The position numbers and the translations under genes were made by a program. A stretch of 64,000 nucleotides of DNA, taken from NCBI GenBank assembly GCA_965203835.1, contig OZ241919.1:852188-916187 (forward strand). Direction: 5' to 3'. The DNA is from Dehalococcoidia bacterium (GTDB lineage: Bacteria > Chloroflexota > Dehalococcoidia > Lucifugimonadales > UBA3495). Each line of letters starts with the position of its first letter. Position 1 is the stretch's first letter. The notes beneath the pieces were generated by a model. It saw only the letters and a program-made list of their open reading frames with translations. It did no database searches and was not told where the DNA came from. Shown piece after piece: positions 54,340-63,571 of the stretch.

Positions 54340-55122
54340 ATGACCACTAAAATCACAATGATTCCCTATAATCGCCAAGGCGAGATCGACTACGCCAGCC
54401 TGGAGTTCGACCCCGATAAGCCCGCGGCGGAAAAGCCGGACGCAATGGAACAACGCCAGGAACAAGCGGAAATTTACGGGCTGCTGCGAGCAAGGTTCAC
54501 CGAATTCGGTCAACGTCCCGACGTGTTGCTGGACTTCGATACCTACATCTGCTACGACCGCCGTAATCTCAACGTCCGCATCTGCCCGGACATCTGCCTC
54601 GTCTTCGGAGTCGACAACGGATCTATCCGCCCCCGCCGGTTGTATTTGCCTTGGGAAGCGGGCAAGCCCCCCGACTGGGTGCTGGAAGTGGCATCGCCGA
54701 CCACCGGACGGGTGGATGTTAGCCGCAAACCGAGAGTGTACGCCCATATCGGGGTCCCGGAATACTGGCGGTTCGACCCATCGGGTGGACGCTATCACGG
54801 GGAACCCTTGGCCGGAAACATTCTGGTCAACGGAGAGTATCAACCCGTGGAGTTGACCACCGCTCCGGACGGAATCCTCAAGGGGTACAGCCCGGTGTTG
54901 GGTCTGAGCTTGGCATGGGACGAAGGCTGGCCCCGGCTCTACGATCCGTCGACGGGCATGTACCTGGAAAACTGGCGGGAAACCGCTGCCCGCGCCGCCC
55001 AAGCACAGCGCGATGCAGATGCTGCCCAAGCTGAACGTGACGCCGAGGTCGCCGCTCGCGCCTCCGCCGAGGCAGAAGTGCGGCGCCTGCGTGAAATGCT
55101 CCGGCGCCAGCAATCGGAGTAA
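54340..55122 (+). CDS. Uma2-family (DUF820) putative endonuclease, second copy
   Basis: Motifs PDICLVF...PPDWVLEVASP...GVPEYWRFDP and the tail AQAQRDADAAQAERDAE...VRRLREMLRR. Confidence 0.75.
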   Translation: MTTKITMIPYNRQGEIDYASLEFDPDKPAAEKPDAMEQRQEQAEIYGLLRARFTEFGQRPDVLLDFDTYICYDRRNLNVRICPDICLVFGVDNGSIRPRRLYLPWEAGKPPDWVLEVASPTTGRVDVSRKPRVYAHIGVPEYWRFDPSGGRYHGEPLAGNILVNGEYQPVELTTAPDGILKGYSPVLGLSLAWDEGWPRLYDPSTGMYLENWRETAARAAQAQRDADAAQAERDAEVAARASAEAEVRRLREMLRRQQSE

Positions 55123-55205
55123 CCTGCCCCTCGGCCAAGAGTAAGATAGCGGGACTACCACATCACAGAGAGTTTCTGGAACATATCTATACCGGACTTG
55201 ATAAT

Positions 55206-56123
55206 ATGACGACATTCAGCGGAGCAAAGCCGGACGGCTTCGATGCCTACTGGCAGACCGTTATGGACGAGTTGGCGGCGATCCCGCCGGCGCCCGAGGT
55301 GGAGGAGATTCAGATACGCTCCACCGATTTTGCCACTGCATACGGCGTGCATTTAACCTCCATCGGCCCATACCGGATTTTTGCTTATCTCAGCATCCCC
55401 AAGGGCGATGGCCCTTTCCCCGCCAAGTACTTCCTGCCTCGCTATGGAAGCGTGGTGGACGTGGTGCCCCAAGGCACCGCCAACGGCCAGCGCAACCAGT
55501 ACGTCACGTTTTCCTTGGCCGCCCGCGGGCAGAGAGGCGCGGACCAGCCCTACGCGGCCAGCTTCCCAGGGTTGCTTACCGATGGCATCGACGATCCCGC
55601 AACCTACGTCTACCGGGGCATTGTCGCCGACTGCTGTCGCGGCTTGGAGTACCTGGCCGGGCGGCCGGAGGTCGATAAGAAACGGATAGCCGCCATCGGA
55701 ACGGACCTGGCCCTGACGATAGCCGCCCTCTCTTCACAAGTCACCCACGTTGTTTGCAGTCCCTCCCTATCGTACGGGGCCGCGGATCTGGCCCCGCGCA
55801 CCGGCGCATACCCGTTGGAGGAAATCAACGATTACCTGCGGCTGCATCCGTCCCGTCGGGAACAGGTGCACCACACGCTCTCCTACTTCGACCTCAGGTG
55901 GTTCGCGTCCCAGGTCAACACCACCACCCTGCTGATGACCGGCGGTGACGCCACGGGGTTGAGCGCCGGCGACGTCGGACTCTTGGCTCAAGCGGTTGCG
56001 GGAGAAACCGAGGTGTACGAGTCGCAGCATTCCGGCTACAAGGACGGCGTGTACAGCGAGGAGTGGCTGACCCGGCAGTTCGGACTGGAAACGCCCAGCC
56101 TGCCTCCCCACTGGCAGTCGTAG
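55206..56123 (+). CDS. CE7 esterase-like paralog with Asp in place of the nucleophile Ser
   Basis: Colinear with 53322..54248 (FDAYWQTVMDEL...YRIFAYLSIP), but the nucleophile elbow reads GTDLA instead of GHSQG. Confidence 0.65.
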   Translation: MTTFSGAKPDGFDAYWQTVMDELAAIPPAPEVEEIQIRSTDFATAYGVHLTSIGPYRIFAYLSIPKGDGPFPAKYFLPRYGSVVDVVPQGTANGQRNQYVTFSLAARGQRGADQPYAASFPGLLTDGIDDPATYVYRGIVADCCRGLEYLAGRPEVDKKRIAAIGTDLALTIAALSSQVTHVVCSPSLSYGAADLAPRTGAYPLEEINDYLRLHPSRREQVHHTLSYFDLRWFASQVNTTTLLMTGGDATGLSAGDVGLLAQAVAGETEVYESQHSGYKDGVYSEEWLTRQFGLETPSLPPHWQS

Positions 56124-56175
56124 GGGCGGACTCACCCGGTATGGCCCATCTTCCCGAAGTGAATGGAGGGAAACC

Positions 56176-57282
56176 GTGAAAGCGTCTTATCTCGGTGCGA
56201 TGGGGTATTCGCAGCGGCATACGTTCCCGACTACCTGGCCTATCCCGCCGGTGTACCATGATCCGGAGACCTCGGTGCGCAGCTACCAGGAAGGCATGGA
56301 CGAGTGCGAGTTCGCCGAGGAAATGGGGTTCGACTGGGTCAGCTTCTCCGAACACCACTATTCCGGGCGGATCGCCACGGCGGCTCCGGCGGTGATGGCC
56401 GCCGCCGTGGCCGAGCGATGCAAAAGGGTCAAGATCGCCATGCTGGGGCAACTGCTGCCCTTGAACAACCCGGTGCGATGCGCGGAAGAACTGGGGATGC
56501 TGGACAACATTACCAACGGGCGGCTCATCATCGGTTTCCTGCGGGGCACTCCCAACGAGGACCAGACCTACGGCGTTAATCCCGCCGAGGGCCGGGGAAG
56601 GCTCTTAGAGGGGATGGACCTCATCCTCAAGGCGTTGACCGAGCCCCAGCCCTTTTCCTGGGAAGGACGCTACCACCAGTACCGCACCGTGTCCGTGTGG
56701 CCTCTTCCGGTACAGCAACCCCTGCCCCCGGTAATCGTTGCGACTCGCAGCGACGATACGGTCCGGTACGCCGCCGATCATCAATTGGGCTTGGGAGTCT
56801 CGTTCGTGCCCCCGGAACAGATGGCGGCGGTCACCAGCAAGTACTTTCAATGGTGCGCCGAGGCGGGATGGCAGCCGGAGCCGGACCAAGTGGTCTACCG
56901 GGGAAGCATCTACTTGGCTGAAACCGACAAGCAGGCCGACGACTGGCTGGCCAAACGCACAGGCATCGGTCCCGTTCCCGGCGGCATCGTTATGCGGCCC
57001 AACGTCACCAGGGCTGTCAACGCTTCACGGGCCGGGGAAGAGTTCGACCTTCGCAACGTCCTCGCCGGCAGCCCCCAGGGAGACGTTGTTGGTGTGGCCA
57101 GAGGACTGAACTTCATGGGCGGTCCCGACAGGGTCGTGGAACAAATCAAGCAGTTCCATGACGAGTGCGGCGCGGGCGTGGTGGACTTATTCTTCCAGCA
57201 ACCCGGTGTCGACCACCGCGAGGTTATGCGAGAGATTGACCTGTTCGGCAAGGAAGTCCTTCCCCGGATCCGGGAGTTTTAA
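56176..57282 (+). CDS. LLM-class flavin-dependent oxidoreductase
   Basis: GGAGGG RBS and a GTG start. Sequence FAEEMGFDWVSFSEHHY...LDNITNGRLIIGFLRG. Confidence 0.8.
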   Translation: MKASYLGAMGYSQRHTFPTTWPIPPVYHDPETSVRSYQEGMDECEFAEEMGFDWVSFSEHHYSGRIATAAPAVMAAAVAERCKRVKIAMLGQLLPLNNPVRCAEELGMLDNITNGRLIIGFLRGTPNEDQTYGVNPAEGRGRLLEGMDLILKALTEPQPFSWEGRYHQYRTVSVWPLPVQQPLPPVIVATRSDDTVRYAADHQLGLGVSFVPPEQMAAVTSKYFQWCAEAGWQPEPDQVVYRGSIYLAETDKQADDWLAKRTGIGPVPGGIVMRPNVTRAVNASRAGEEFDLRNVLAGSPQGDVVGVARGLNFMGGPDRVVEQIKQFHDECGAGVVDLFFQQPGVDHREVMREIDLFGKEVLPRIREF

Positions 57283-57351
57283 GCGAGAACTGAAATTGGT
57301 TGAAGCACTGTTCACCCTGGGGATCATCCGGGGATACAAACGGGGATTGGC

Positions 57352-58113
57352 ATGTCATTGAACTCGAGTCATGGGGACCCAAACAGCGACCTGATCAATC
57401 TCTTTCAAGCGGACACCCGCAACATGGTAGTCATGCTGGACCCTGCTAGGTGGGATGATTCCCCGCTGCGTGACGCGTTGGCCGCCAAGTACAAAGTCGC
57501 CAGGATGCAATTGACTCGGTATAACCTGTTGCGCCAGGAGGACGGGCCGCGGCAGGTCCACGACGTAGCAGAGTCGCTGATAGACGTAATCGGCAAGATG
57601 GCGCCGGAAGAGAAGTACACCCTTGTCGCCGGGTCCACCGCCGCCACAGTCGCCCTGTGGCTGACGCTGATGGCGCCTGAAGCCGTGGAAGCGCTGGTCT
57701 TGATTTCACCCGTCGCAGTCCTACCCATGGGTAATCCCGTAACGGCAAGGCCGGAGCAACTGCTCGCCCACTTGGAAAACGTCGAAGGGTTGCTCCAGTT
57801 GGAGACCGACCAGACCGAGGCATTGAGCGCGCTCATTGGAGGCGGCGCCCACGACTCGGAGTTGGAAAGCAGGCTGGAGCAGGTGTCCTGCGCAACCCTG
57901 GCGATCTTCGGCCTGAGCGACCGGTTGATTTCGCCAGAAGCGCCCCGGGTCTACCGGGAAAAGATACCCAACAGCAACATCTGCCTCATTTACGACGCCG
58001 GACACGCCATAGTAGCGGACCGCCCGCAGGCGTTGATTGACACGGTGATGGACTTCGTCGAGCGGCGGGACGCGTTCGTTGTAGGTCGCGAGTCCAGCGT
58101 CATCAACCCCTAG
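57352..58113 (+). CDS. alpha/beta hydrolase fold protein
   Basis: Elbow region LVAGSTAA and a C-terminal DAGHAIVADRPQAL. Confidence 0.6.
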   Translation: MSLNSSHGDPNSDLINLFQADTRNMVVMLDPARWDDSPLRDALAAKYKVARMQLTRYNLLRQEDGPRQVHDVAESLIDVIGKMAPEEKYTLVAGSTAATVALWLTLMAPEAVEALVLISPVAVLPMGNPVTARPEQLLAHLENVEGLLQLETDQTEALSALIGGGAHDSELESRLEQVSCATLAIFGLSDRLISPEAPRVYREKIPNSNICLIYDAGHAIVADRPQALIDTVMDFVERRDAFVVGRESSVINP

Positions 58114-58117
58114 CCGC

Positions 58118-58206
58118 CTGCCCCCGGCGGGTTTCCCACCCCCGTCTCCCCCGCGAAGGCGGGGGCCGAGGGCAGGCTCTGCGCGGGAAGACGGTAAGGG
58201 GGACGG
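58118..58206. repeat. three-level nested palindromic REP element
   Basis: Outer arms ggcgggtttccc and gcgcgggaagac. Middle module acccccgtct...ccgagggcaggctct. Inner hairpin cccccgcgaaggcggggg. Confidence 0.75.
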
Positions 58207-58255
58207 CTGATCCACCAACTGCCCATCCGGAAGCGCTACAGGAGACGTTGCAACC

Positions 58256-59029
58256 ATGCCTTACCTTACCCTGCCTGGAGTAGACCTGTGGTATGAGGAT
58301 ACCGGCGGCTCCGGTGTGCCGGTTATTTTCCTTCATGCCGCTTCCGGTACATGCGAAAGCTGGGTTCACCAGATACCGGCCTTTACTACAGCGGGCTACC
58401 GGTGCATCGCTTACGACCGGCGCACCTGGGGGCGTTCACGGCCCACCGACCCGGACCTTCAACCGGGATTCATGGGCGACGATCTTCATGGGTTGGTTGA
58501 AAGTCTTGGACTGGAGCGTTTCCACTTGGCAGCCACGGCGCAGGGGGGCATTGCCGCTCTGGACTATGCCCTGGACCACCCGGACCGTGTTCGGAGCTTG
58601 GTGGCCGCCAACACCATCGGCGGCGTTCAGGACGCTGGCTACCTGGAGGTCCAGACCAGGCTCAGGCCGCCGGAGATACAGGAACTTCCCGTAGAACTGC
58701 GTGAGCTAGGGCCGTCCTACAGAGGGACCGAACCGGAGGGCGCAAGACGATGGCTGGAAATCGATCTCGGCAGCCGTCCCTATGGCCTGGTCCCGCCCCA
58801 GCCGGTGCGCAACCCCATCACATACGCCAGGCTGGAGACCATGCGCGTCCCCACACTTATTCTGTCGGGAGAGGCCGACCTTCTCTCTCCGCCCGCCCTG
58901 ATGCGGATGCTCGCGGACCATATTCCCGCCTGCCGCTTCACGTTGCTCTCAGACGCGGGACACGCCGGCTTCTGGGAAAGGCCCCAGGTCTGGAACGGCT
59001 TGGTGCTGGAATTCATAAGCCGGCACTGA
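58256..59029 (+). CDS. alpha/beta hydrolase
   Basis: AGGAG RBS. Sequence VPVIFLHAASGTCESW and a C-terminal DAGHAGFWERPQVW. Confidence 0.75.
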   Translation: MPYLTLPGVDLWYEDTGGSGVPVIFLHAASGTCESWVHQIPAFTTAGYRCIAYDRRTWGRSRPTDPDLQPGFMGDDLHGLVESLGLERFHLAATAQGGIAALDYALDHPDRVRSLVAANTIGGVQDAGYLEVQTRLRPPEIQELPVELRELGPSYRGTEPEGARRWLEIDLGSRPYGLVPPQPVRNPITYARLETMRVPTLILSGEADLLSPPALMRMLADHIPACRFTLLSDAGHAGFWERPQVWNGLVLEFISRH

Positions 59030-59095
59030 CCCCGAAGCCCATCGAGCTAACGGCCGTTCAGTCTCACTGCCGGGCCATGTCCAGCCCCCTGGACG

Positions 59096-59524
59096 TCAAG
59101 TCTCCGGCGAGTAGTCCCAGGAACGGAACCGGTGCGGCGATACCTTGATATAACCGGCCTCCGGCCTTGGTTCAGTGGGCAGTTCTTCATCCGGCACTCC
59201 CCGCCTTCTCGCCGCCTCCCGTGCATAGTGCAACGTCTCTTCCGGCGACAGGTGGACCGTTGCCGTGCCCTGTATCATGACGCCTTTGATGTCCCGCCTT
59301 GATGTGCCGGTTTCGAGCAGCAGGCTTACCTTGGGATTGTTGCGGATATTCTCCAGCTTCCGCGTTCCTGTTCGAACGCCCATCACAATGTCGTCGTCCA
59401 AGCGAAAGTACCCCAATGGCACTGAGTGGGGATACCCGTCTGCTCCGATGCTTGTCAGGACTATCCAACCCGGCTTGAGATCCAGAAACTCGTGTATTTC
59501 TTGGCGGCTCATTTGGCGGGGCAT
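59096..59524 (-). CDS. PPOX-family (pyridoxamine 5'-phosphate oxidase-like / F420-binding) protein
   Basis: The ATG has a GGAG RBS. Sequence IHEFLDLKPGWIVLTSIGADGYPHSVPLGY...NPKVSLLLE. The track start at 59584 is TTG. Confidence 0.65.
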   Translation of the reverse strand: MPRQMSRQEIHEFLDLKPGWIVLTSIGADGYPHSVPLGYFRLDDDIVMGVRTGTRKLENIRNNPKVSLLLETGTSRRDIKGVMIQGTATVHLSPEETLHYAREAARRRGVPDEELPTEPRPEAGYIKVSPHRFRSWDYSPET

Positions 59525-59584
59525 TACATCGTCTCCGTTATGGCCGTGAGGTTTCAGAACGGGTTTGGTAACTTCCCTCTCCAA

Positions 59585-60046
59585 TCAGAAGAAATTCCGC
59601 CTGCCGACTTCGTGAGTCTGGTAGAAGTTTTCATCAGACTTGGTGAAATAAATTATGGCTTCGATGAGAGTGATCACCCAATTCACAGGTATCCCGATAA
59701 TGGTAAAAGTAAGGATTATGTGAATGAACCCGGCGCCAACGTATCCCAAGTAAAACTTGTGGATTCCGAGGCCGCCAATAAACAAAGCCAGCAGCCCGGC
59801 CGCTACTTTGCTCTTACGCCTTGGGACTTGTTGAGAACCCTGTCCTGATGTACCGGATGAGTTGGACAGGTCTACGTATATGGCAGTAGCGGTATCGGAG
59901 ACGGCCTCAAAATCAACACGCAGTCCATTCTCGGGGTTCCGTGAGTCATTCCAATCTGACTCTCGAAAAGAGTATCGATGACCATCATCCCCAGAAATAA
60001 CTCCTGACCTTGTGTCCGTAGAATAGTTCAACAATGACCCTTTCAT
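59585..60046 (-). CDS. TM2 domain-containing membrane protein with an N-terminal soluble domain
   Basis: TM2-type C-terminus KVAAGLLALFIGGLGIHKFYLGYVGAGFIHIIL. The gene looks AT-richer than its neighbours. Confidence 0.65.
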   Translation of the reverse strand: MKGSLLNYSTDTRSGVISGDDGHRYSFRESDWNDSRNPENGLRVDFEAVSDTATAIYVDLSNSSGTSGQGSQQVPRRKSKVAAGLLALFIGGLGIHKFYLGYVGAGFIHIILTFTIIGIPVNWVITLIEAIIYFTKSDENFYQTHEVGRRNFF

Positions 60047-60127
60047 AGCTCCTCCCCTGCATATCTTGGACCACCATCAAATCCTTGATTGATGGGAGTC
60101 CATAACCCGCCCTGGTAAAACCGCCCT

Positions 60128-60715
60128 TCAGTTGCCTCGTATGACGCCGCAGGCCATCCGTTCGCCGGTATCCGATTCCTCTTCGCCGTAGGCGTCCGGT
60201 TTTTCATGCACGATTATCGCCGAGCCATCCGAGTCGAATACTGAATGGTCCTCGTCCGCCTCCAAGGTTATGCCGTCGGTGAAAAAGTCGGCGCGGGCTG
60301 AACCATCGACCGCCGCGTAGATGTTGGGCAGGTCGCCGCCATGTCCTGCCTCGCGCTTGCCCCGCTTCCAGTTAGGATGTACAAAGCCGTGTTCTGTATT
60401 TTCGGGATTGAAGTGATCGCCCGCAGCGGCGAAGTCGGGTGTACACGCTCCAACGGCATGAATGATGAAAGCATGACCGCCCGGGGTCAGTCCCTGCACA
60501 TCGGCCGCTACCAATACGCCTGCCTCCCACTGCGTCATCGTTACGGTCCCCATCGGATCGCCCGCGGGCGACGCCAGCACGGCCGTGGCGCTGGTCCCTG
60601 TGTCCTGTCCATTCGCGTCACCGGATCGGACGGTTACCAATATTACTACAACCACTATGACGACTGCGGGAACGATAAGAATGGCGAAAAAACTCGGTTC
60701 GAATCTTCGCATCAT
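60128..60715 (-). CDS. sodC: Cu/Zn superoxide dismutase family protein, membrane-anchored or secreted
   Basis: N-terminal hydrophobic segment. Sequence HAFIIHAVGAC...AGDHFNP...AGHGGDLPNI...IIVHEKPD...RMACGVI. Confidence 0.8.
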   Translation of the reverse strand: MMRRFEPSFFAILIVPAVVIVVVVILVTVRSGDANGQDTGTSATAVLASPAGDPMGTVTMTQWEAGVLVAADVQGLTPGGHAFIIHAVGACTPDFAAAGDHFNPENTEHGFVHPNWKRGKREAGHGGDLPNIYAAVDGSARADFFTDGITLEADEDHSVFDSDGSAIIVHEKPDAYGEEESDTGERMACGVIRGN

Positions 60716-60731
60716 TTTTCAGACCTCAATG

Positions 60732-60783
60732 CCTGTCCCCGGCGGGTTTCCCGCCTGCGCGGGAAAGACGGGAAGGGGGACAG
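60732..60783. repeat. REP-like palindrome, inverted-type core
   Basis: cctgtcccc-ggcgggtttcccgcctgcgcgggaaagac-gggaagggggacag. The core differs from the reverse complement of gtcattcccgcgcaggcgggaatcc at only a few positions. Confidence 0.75.
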
Positions 60784-60955
60784 CGTAAGGGTTTCCTTGA
60801 TTGCGCCAAGCCTTCTGGGCAGCTTTCCATGAGTGTATGAGAGCGTGTATCAGTTTACAACACCAAGCGCCCGCATGGACTACTGCCCGTGGTACAATGG
60901 CCCGGCATTTCAAACCGAATTCACATCCACACTCTGAAAGCGGAGCGGGCGCGTC

Positions 60956-62557
60956 ATGTACTTTGATTCCCGGCGGTCTACGGTAGTAGCGACACATGGA
61001 ATGGTGGCGACAAGCCAACCCCTCGCGGCGGTGGCCGGGTTGCGCGTGTTGATGGAGGGCGGCAACGCCGTGGACGCCGCCATCGCCGGGGCTGCCGTGC
61101 TGAACGTGGTGGAGCCGGTGTCCACCGGGGTGGGTGGGGATATGTTCGCCCTGGTCTGGAACAACAAGGAAAAGTCAGTCCGCGCCATCAACGGCAGCGG
61201 CCGGGCCGCCGCGGGAGCGTCTCTTGAAGAACTCCGACAACAGGGCCATGAAAAGATGCCCCACCGGGGCGTCCATTCCGTGACCGTGCCGGGGGCCGTC
61301 GACGGTTGGGAAAAGCTACTGGAAAGCTGCGGCACCATGCCCATGTCGAAGCTGCTGGAGCCGGCCATACAGTACGCCGAGGAGGGCTTTCCCGTCTCCG
61401 ACATCATCGGCTTCCAGTGGTCGCAAATGGTCCCCCTGCTGTCCCAACTGCCGTCGGGCCAGGAAATGCTGCTGGACGGGCGAGCGCCGGGACACGGCGA
61501 GATGATGCGCATCCCCACCTTGGGGCGCACGCTGCGGACGATTGCCGAAGGCGGTTCCGAGGCTTTCTACAAGGGTGAAATCGCGGAAAAGATGGCCTCT
61601 TTCGTCCAGGAACACGGCGGGCACCTCTCCACCGAAGACATGGCCAACCACACCACCGACTGGGAGGAGCCAATCTCCACCGACTACCGGGGCGTCACCT
61701 GTTGGGAATGCCCGCCCAACGGCCAGGGCGTCGCCGCTCTGGAGGCGTTGAACATCGCCGAGGGCTTCGACATCGCCGGAATGGGGTCCCAGACCCCGGA
61801 CACTTATCACCACCTGATCGAATCGATGCGCTTGGCCTTCGCCGACGCCTTCCAGTACGTCGCCGATCCCGGCCATGTCCAGGTCCCGACGAATGAGTTG
61901 CTGTCCAAGGAGTTCGCTGCGAAGCGCCGGGAGTTGATTGACCCCAAGCGCGCCATGAGCACCGTCCCCTACGGCAAGGTCCACGGTGGCAGCGACACCA
62001 TCTACCTGAGCGCCGTGGACGGCGAAGGCAACGCCTGCTCCTTCATCTACAGCATCTACTCCAACTTCGGCAGCGGCATGGTGGTGCCCGGCACCGGCAT
62101 AGTGCTGCACAACCGGGGATCCCTGTTCTCGTTGGTTCCCGGACACGCCAATGCCCTCGCTGGCGGGAAGCGCCCTTACCACACCATCATCCCCGGCTTG
62201 GCCACCAAGGACAACGAACTGTTCTTGTGCTACGGCGTGATGGGCGCGTTCATGCAGCCCCAAGGTCACCTTCAGGTCGTCAGCAACATAGTGGACCATG
62301 GCATGGACCCCCAAGCGGCCCTCAACGCGCTGCGTTTCATCGTTACCGAGGAGGATGTGGCGCTGGAGGAAGGCCTGCCGTCGGAAGTGCTGGACAACCT
62401 GACGAAACGCGGCCACAACACCCGCACCATCAGCGGCTACTATCGCGGCATGACCGGCGGCTTGGGCGGCGCCCAGCTCATTCAGCGTGACCCGGAGTCG
62501 GGCGTCCTGCGCGGCGCGTCCGAGCCGCGGAAAGACGGCTGCGCTGTCGGCTGGTAA
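60956..62557 (+). CDS. ggt: gamma-glutamyltransferase family protein (no signal peptide)
   Basis: N-terminus GMVATSQPLAAVAGLRVLMEGGNAVDAAIA...VSTGVGGDMFALVW and autoprocessing-site region GGSDTIYLSAVD. Confidence 0.8.
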   Translation: MYFDSRRSTVVATHGMVATSQPLAAVAGLRVLMEGGNAVDAAIAGAAVLNVVEPVSTGVGGDMFALVWNNKEKSVRAINGSGRAAAGASLEELRQQGHEKMPHRGVHSVTVPGAVDGWEKLLESCGTMPMSKLLEPAIQYAEEGFPVSDIIGFQWSQMVPLLSQLPSGQEMLLDGRAPGHGEMMRIPTLGRTLRTIAEGGSEAFYKGEIAEKMASFVQEHGGHLSTEDMANHTTDWEEPISTDYRGVTCWECPPNGQGVAALEALNIAEGFDIAGMGSQTPDTYHHLIESMRLAFADAFQYVADPGHVQVPTNELLSKEFAAKRRELIDPKRAMSTVPYGKVHGGSDTIYLSAVDGEGNACSFIYSIYSNFGSGMVVPGTGIVLHNRGSLFSLVPGHANALAGGKRPYHTIIPGLATKDNELFLCYGVMGAFMQPQGHLQVVSNIVDHGMDPQAALNALRFIVTEEDVALEEGLPSEVLDNLTKRGHNTRTISGYYRGMTGGLGGAQLIQRDPESGVLRGASEPRKDGCAVGW

Positions 62558-62593
62558 GACATCCCTGCCATGCGGCCATCTAAGGAGGCACAA

Positions 62594-63562
62594 AAAATGA
62601 CCCAGCAGAAAAAGAACCGCTCCTGGTACTCCAAGTATTACCGGGAAATAGACGTACTTCACGGGTTGCAGACCCGGCCGGAGGAGCGGGACTGGCTGCT
62701 CTCGGTCCCCAAGGGAGATGTCAAGCCCACCGAGGTAGTCCTTTACCTTGGCTGCAACATCCTGCGCACCAGCCACTTGGTAAGGACGGTGATGGACGTC
62801 TTCAAGCTGCTCGACGTTGACTTCGTCGCCGTGGGAGGCGCGGCCTACTGTTGCGGCATCCAGCACTACAACCGGGGCGACGAAGCGGCCGCTCAGTCGG
62901 TAGCCAAAACCACTGCCCAGAACTTCGAGAAGTTCAGCCCGGAACGGGTGGTGATGTGGTGTCCTTCCTGTATTTCCTACTACGACGACATCATGGACAT
63001 GCGGAGCGAGTTTTCCTTCCAGCACGCCACCGAGTTCCTGGTAGAAAACCTGGACAAGCTCCAGTTCCAACCCCAGCCCGAGAAGAAGGTCGCCCTCCAC
63101 TACCACACCGGCAGACCCCAGTCAGACGAGGAAGCCCGGAGCGCCTTCAAGCTTCTGTCGGCATTACCAGGCCTGGAGGTGGTTGACTTGGGCACCGACG
63201 TTCGGCTCGCCCGTCACTGCACCGACGCCGTGCGCGACAAGCTGGGGCCGGAGGTCTGGGACGGTATGGTGGAAGGTTTTCTTCATAAGGCCGTCGATGC
63301 CGGCGTGGACACTTATGCTCCTCTTTATCACGGGTGCCATCGAAAGCTGTGCGGCTATGAAAGGCAGTACCCCCTGAAGGTAGAGCACTACCTCACGCTG
63401 GTCGGACGCGCCCTTGGCATAGAGTACGAGGACCAGTACAAGAAACACATGCTGTTGGGCGACGCTAACGCCATTATGGTGGACACCAGCCCCTGCGCCG
63501 TTGCCAGCGGCGTTTCCTTGGAGGAAGCCAGGAACGTTATCGAGCAGACTTTTGTGAGCTAG
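62594..63562 (+). CDS. HdrB-like CCG-domain (Fe-S)-binding protein
   Basis: TAAGGAGG RBS. Cys-rich CCG-type motifs YLGCN...AAYCCGIQH and VMWCPSC. Confidence 0.55.
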   Translation, partial: KMTQQKKNRSWYSKYYREIDVLHGLQTRPEERDWLLSVPKGDVKPTEVVLYLGCNILRTSHLVRTVMDVFKLLDVDFVAVGGAAYCCGIQHYNRGDEAAAQSVAKTTAQNFEKFSPERVVMWCPSCISYYDDIMDMRSEFSFQHATEFLVENLDKLQFQPQPEKKVALHYHTGRPQSDEEARSAFKLLSALPGLEVVDLGTDVRLARHCTDAVRDKLGPEVWDGMVEGFLHKAVDAGVDTYAPLYHGCHRKLCGYERQYPLKVEHYLTLVGRALGIEYEDQYKKHMLLGDANAIMVDTSPCAVASGVSLEEARNVIEQTFVS

Positions 63563-63571
63563 GAGGACATC

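Noticed and set aside
59525-59584. The track start (TTG at 59584) of the PPOX-like gene, which abuts the TM2 gene stop and suggests tight translational coupling.
   Set aside because: An ATG at 59524 with a GGAG RBS gives a family-typical 142-aa protein. The extra 20 residues from the TTG start have no support.
60680-60715. A tRNA T-loop-like string, ggttcgaatc.
   Set aside because: It lies inside the 5' end of the sodC coding sequence. The flanking bases cannot form a T-stem or an acceptor stem. I found no tRNA or rRNA anywhere in the window.
6455-60783. The recurring gtcattcccgcgcaggcgggaatcc palindromes as a possible CRISPR array.
   Set aside because: The copies are kilobases apart, in both orientations, with no regular spacer length and no cas genes. 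They behave like REP/BIME-type intergenic repeats.
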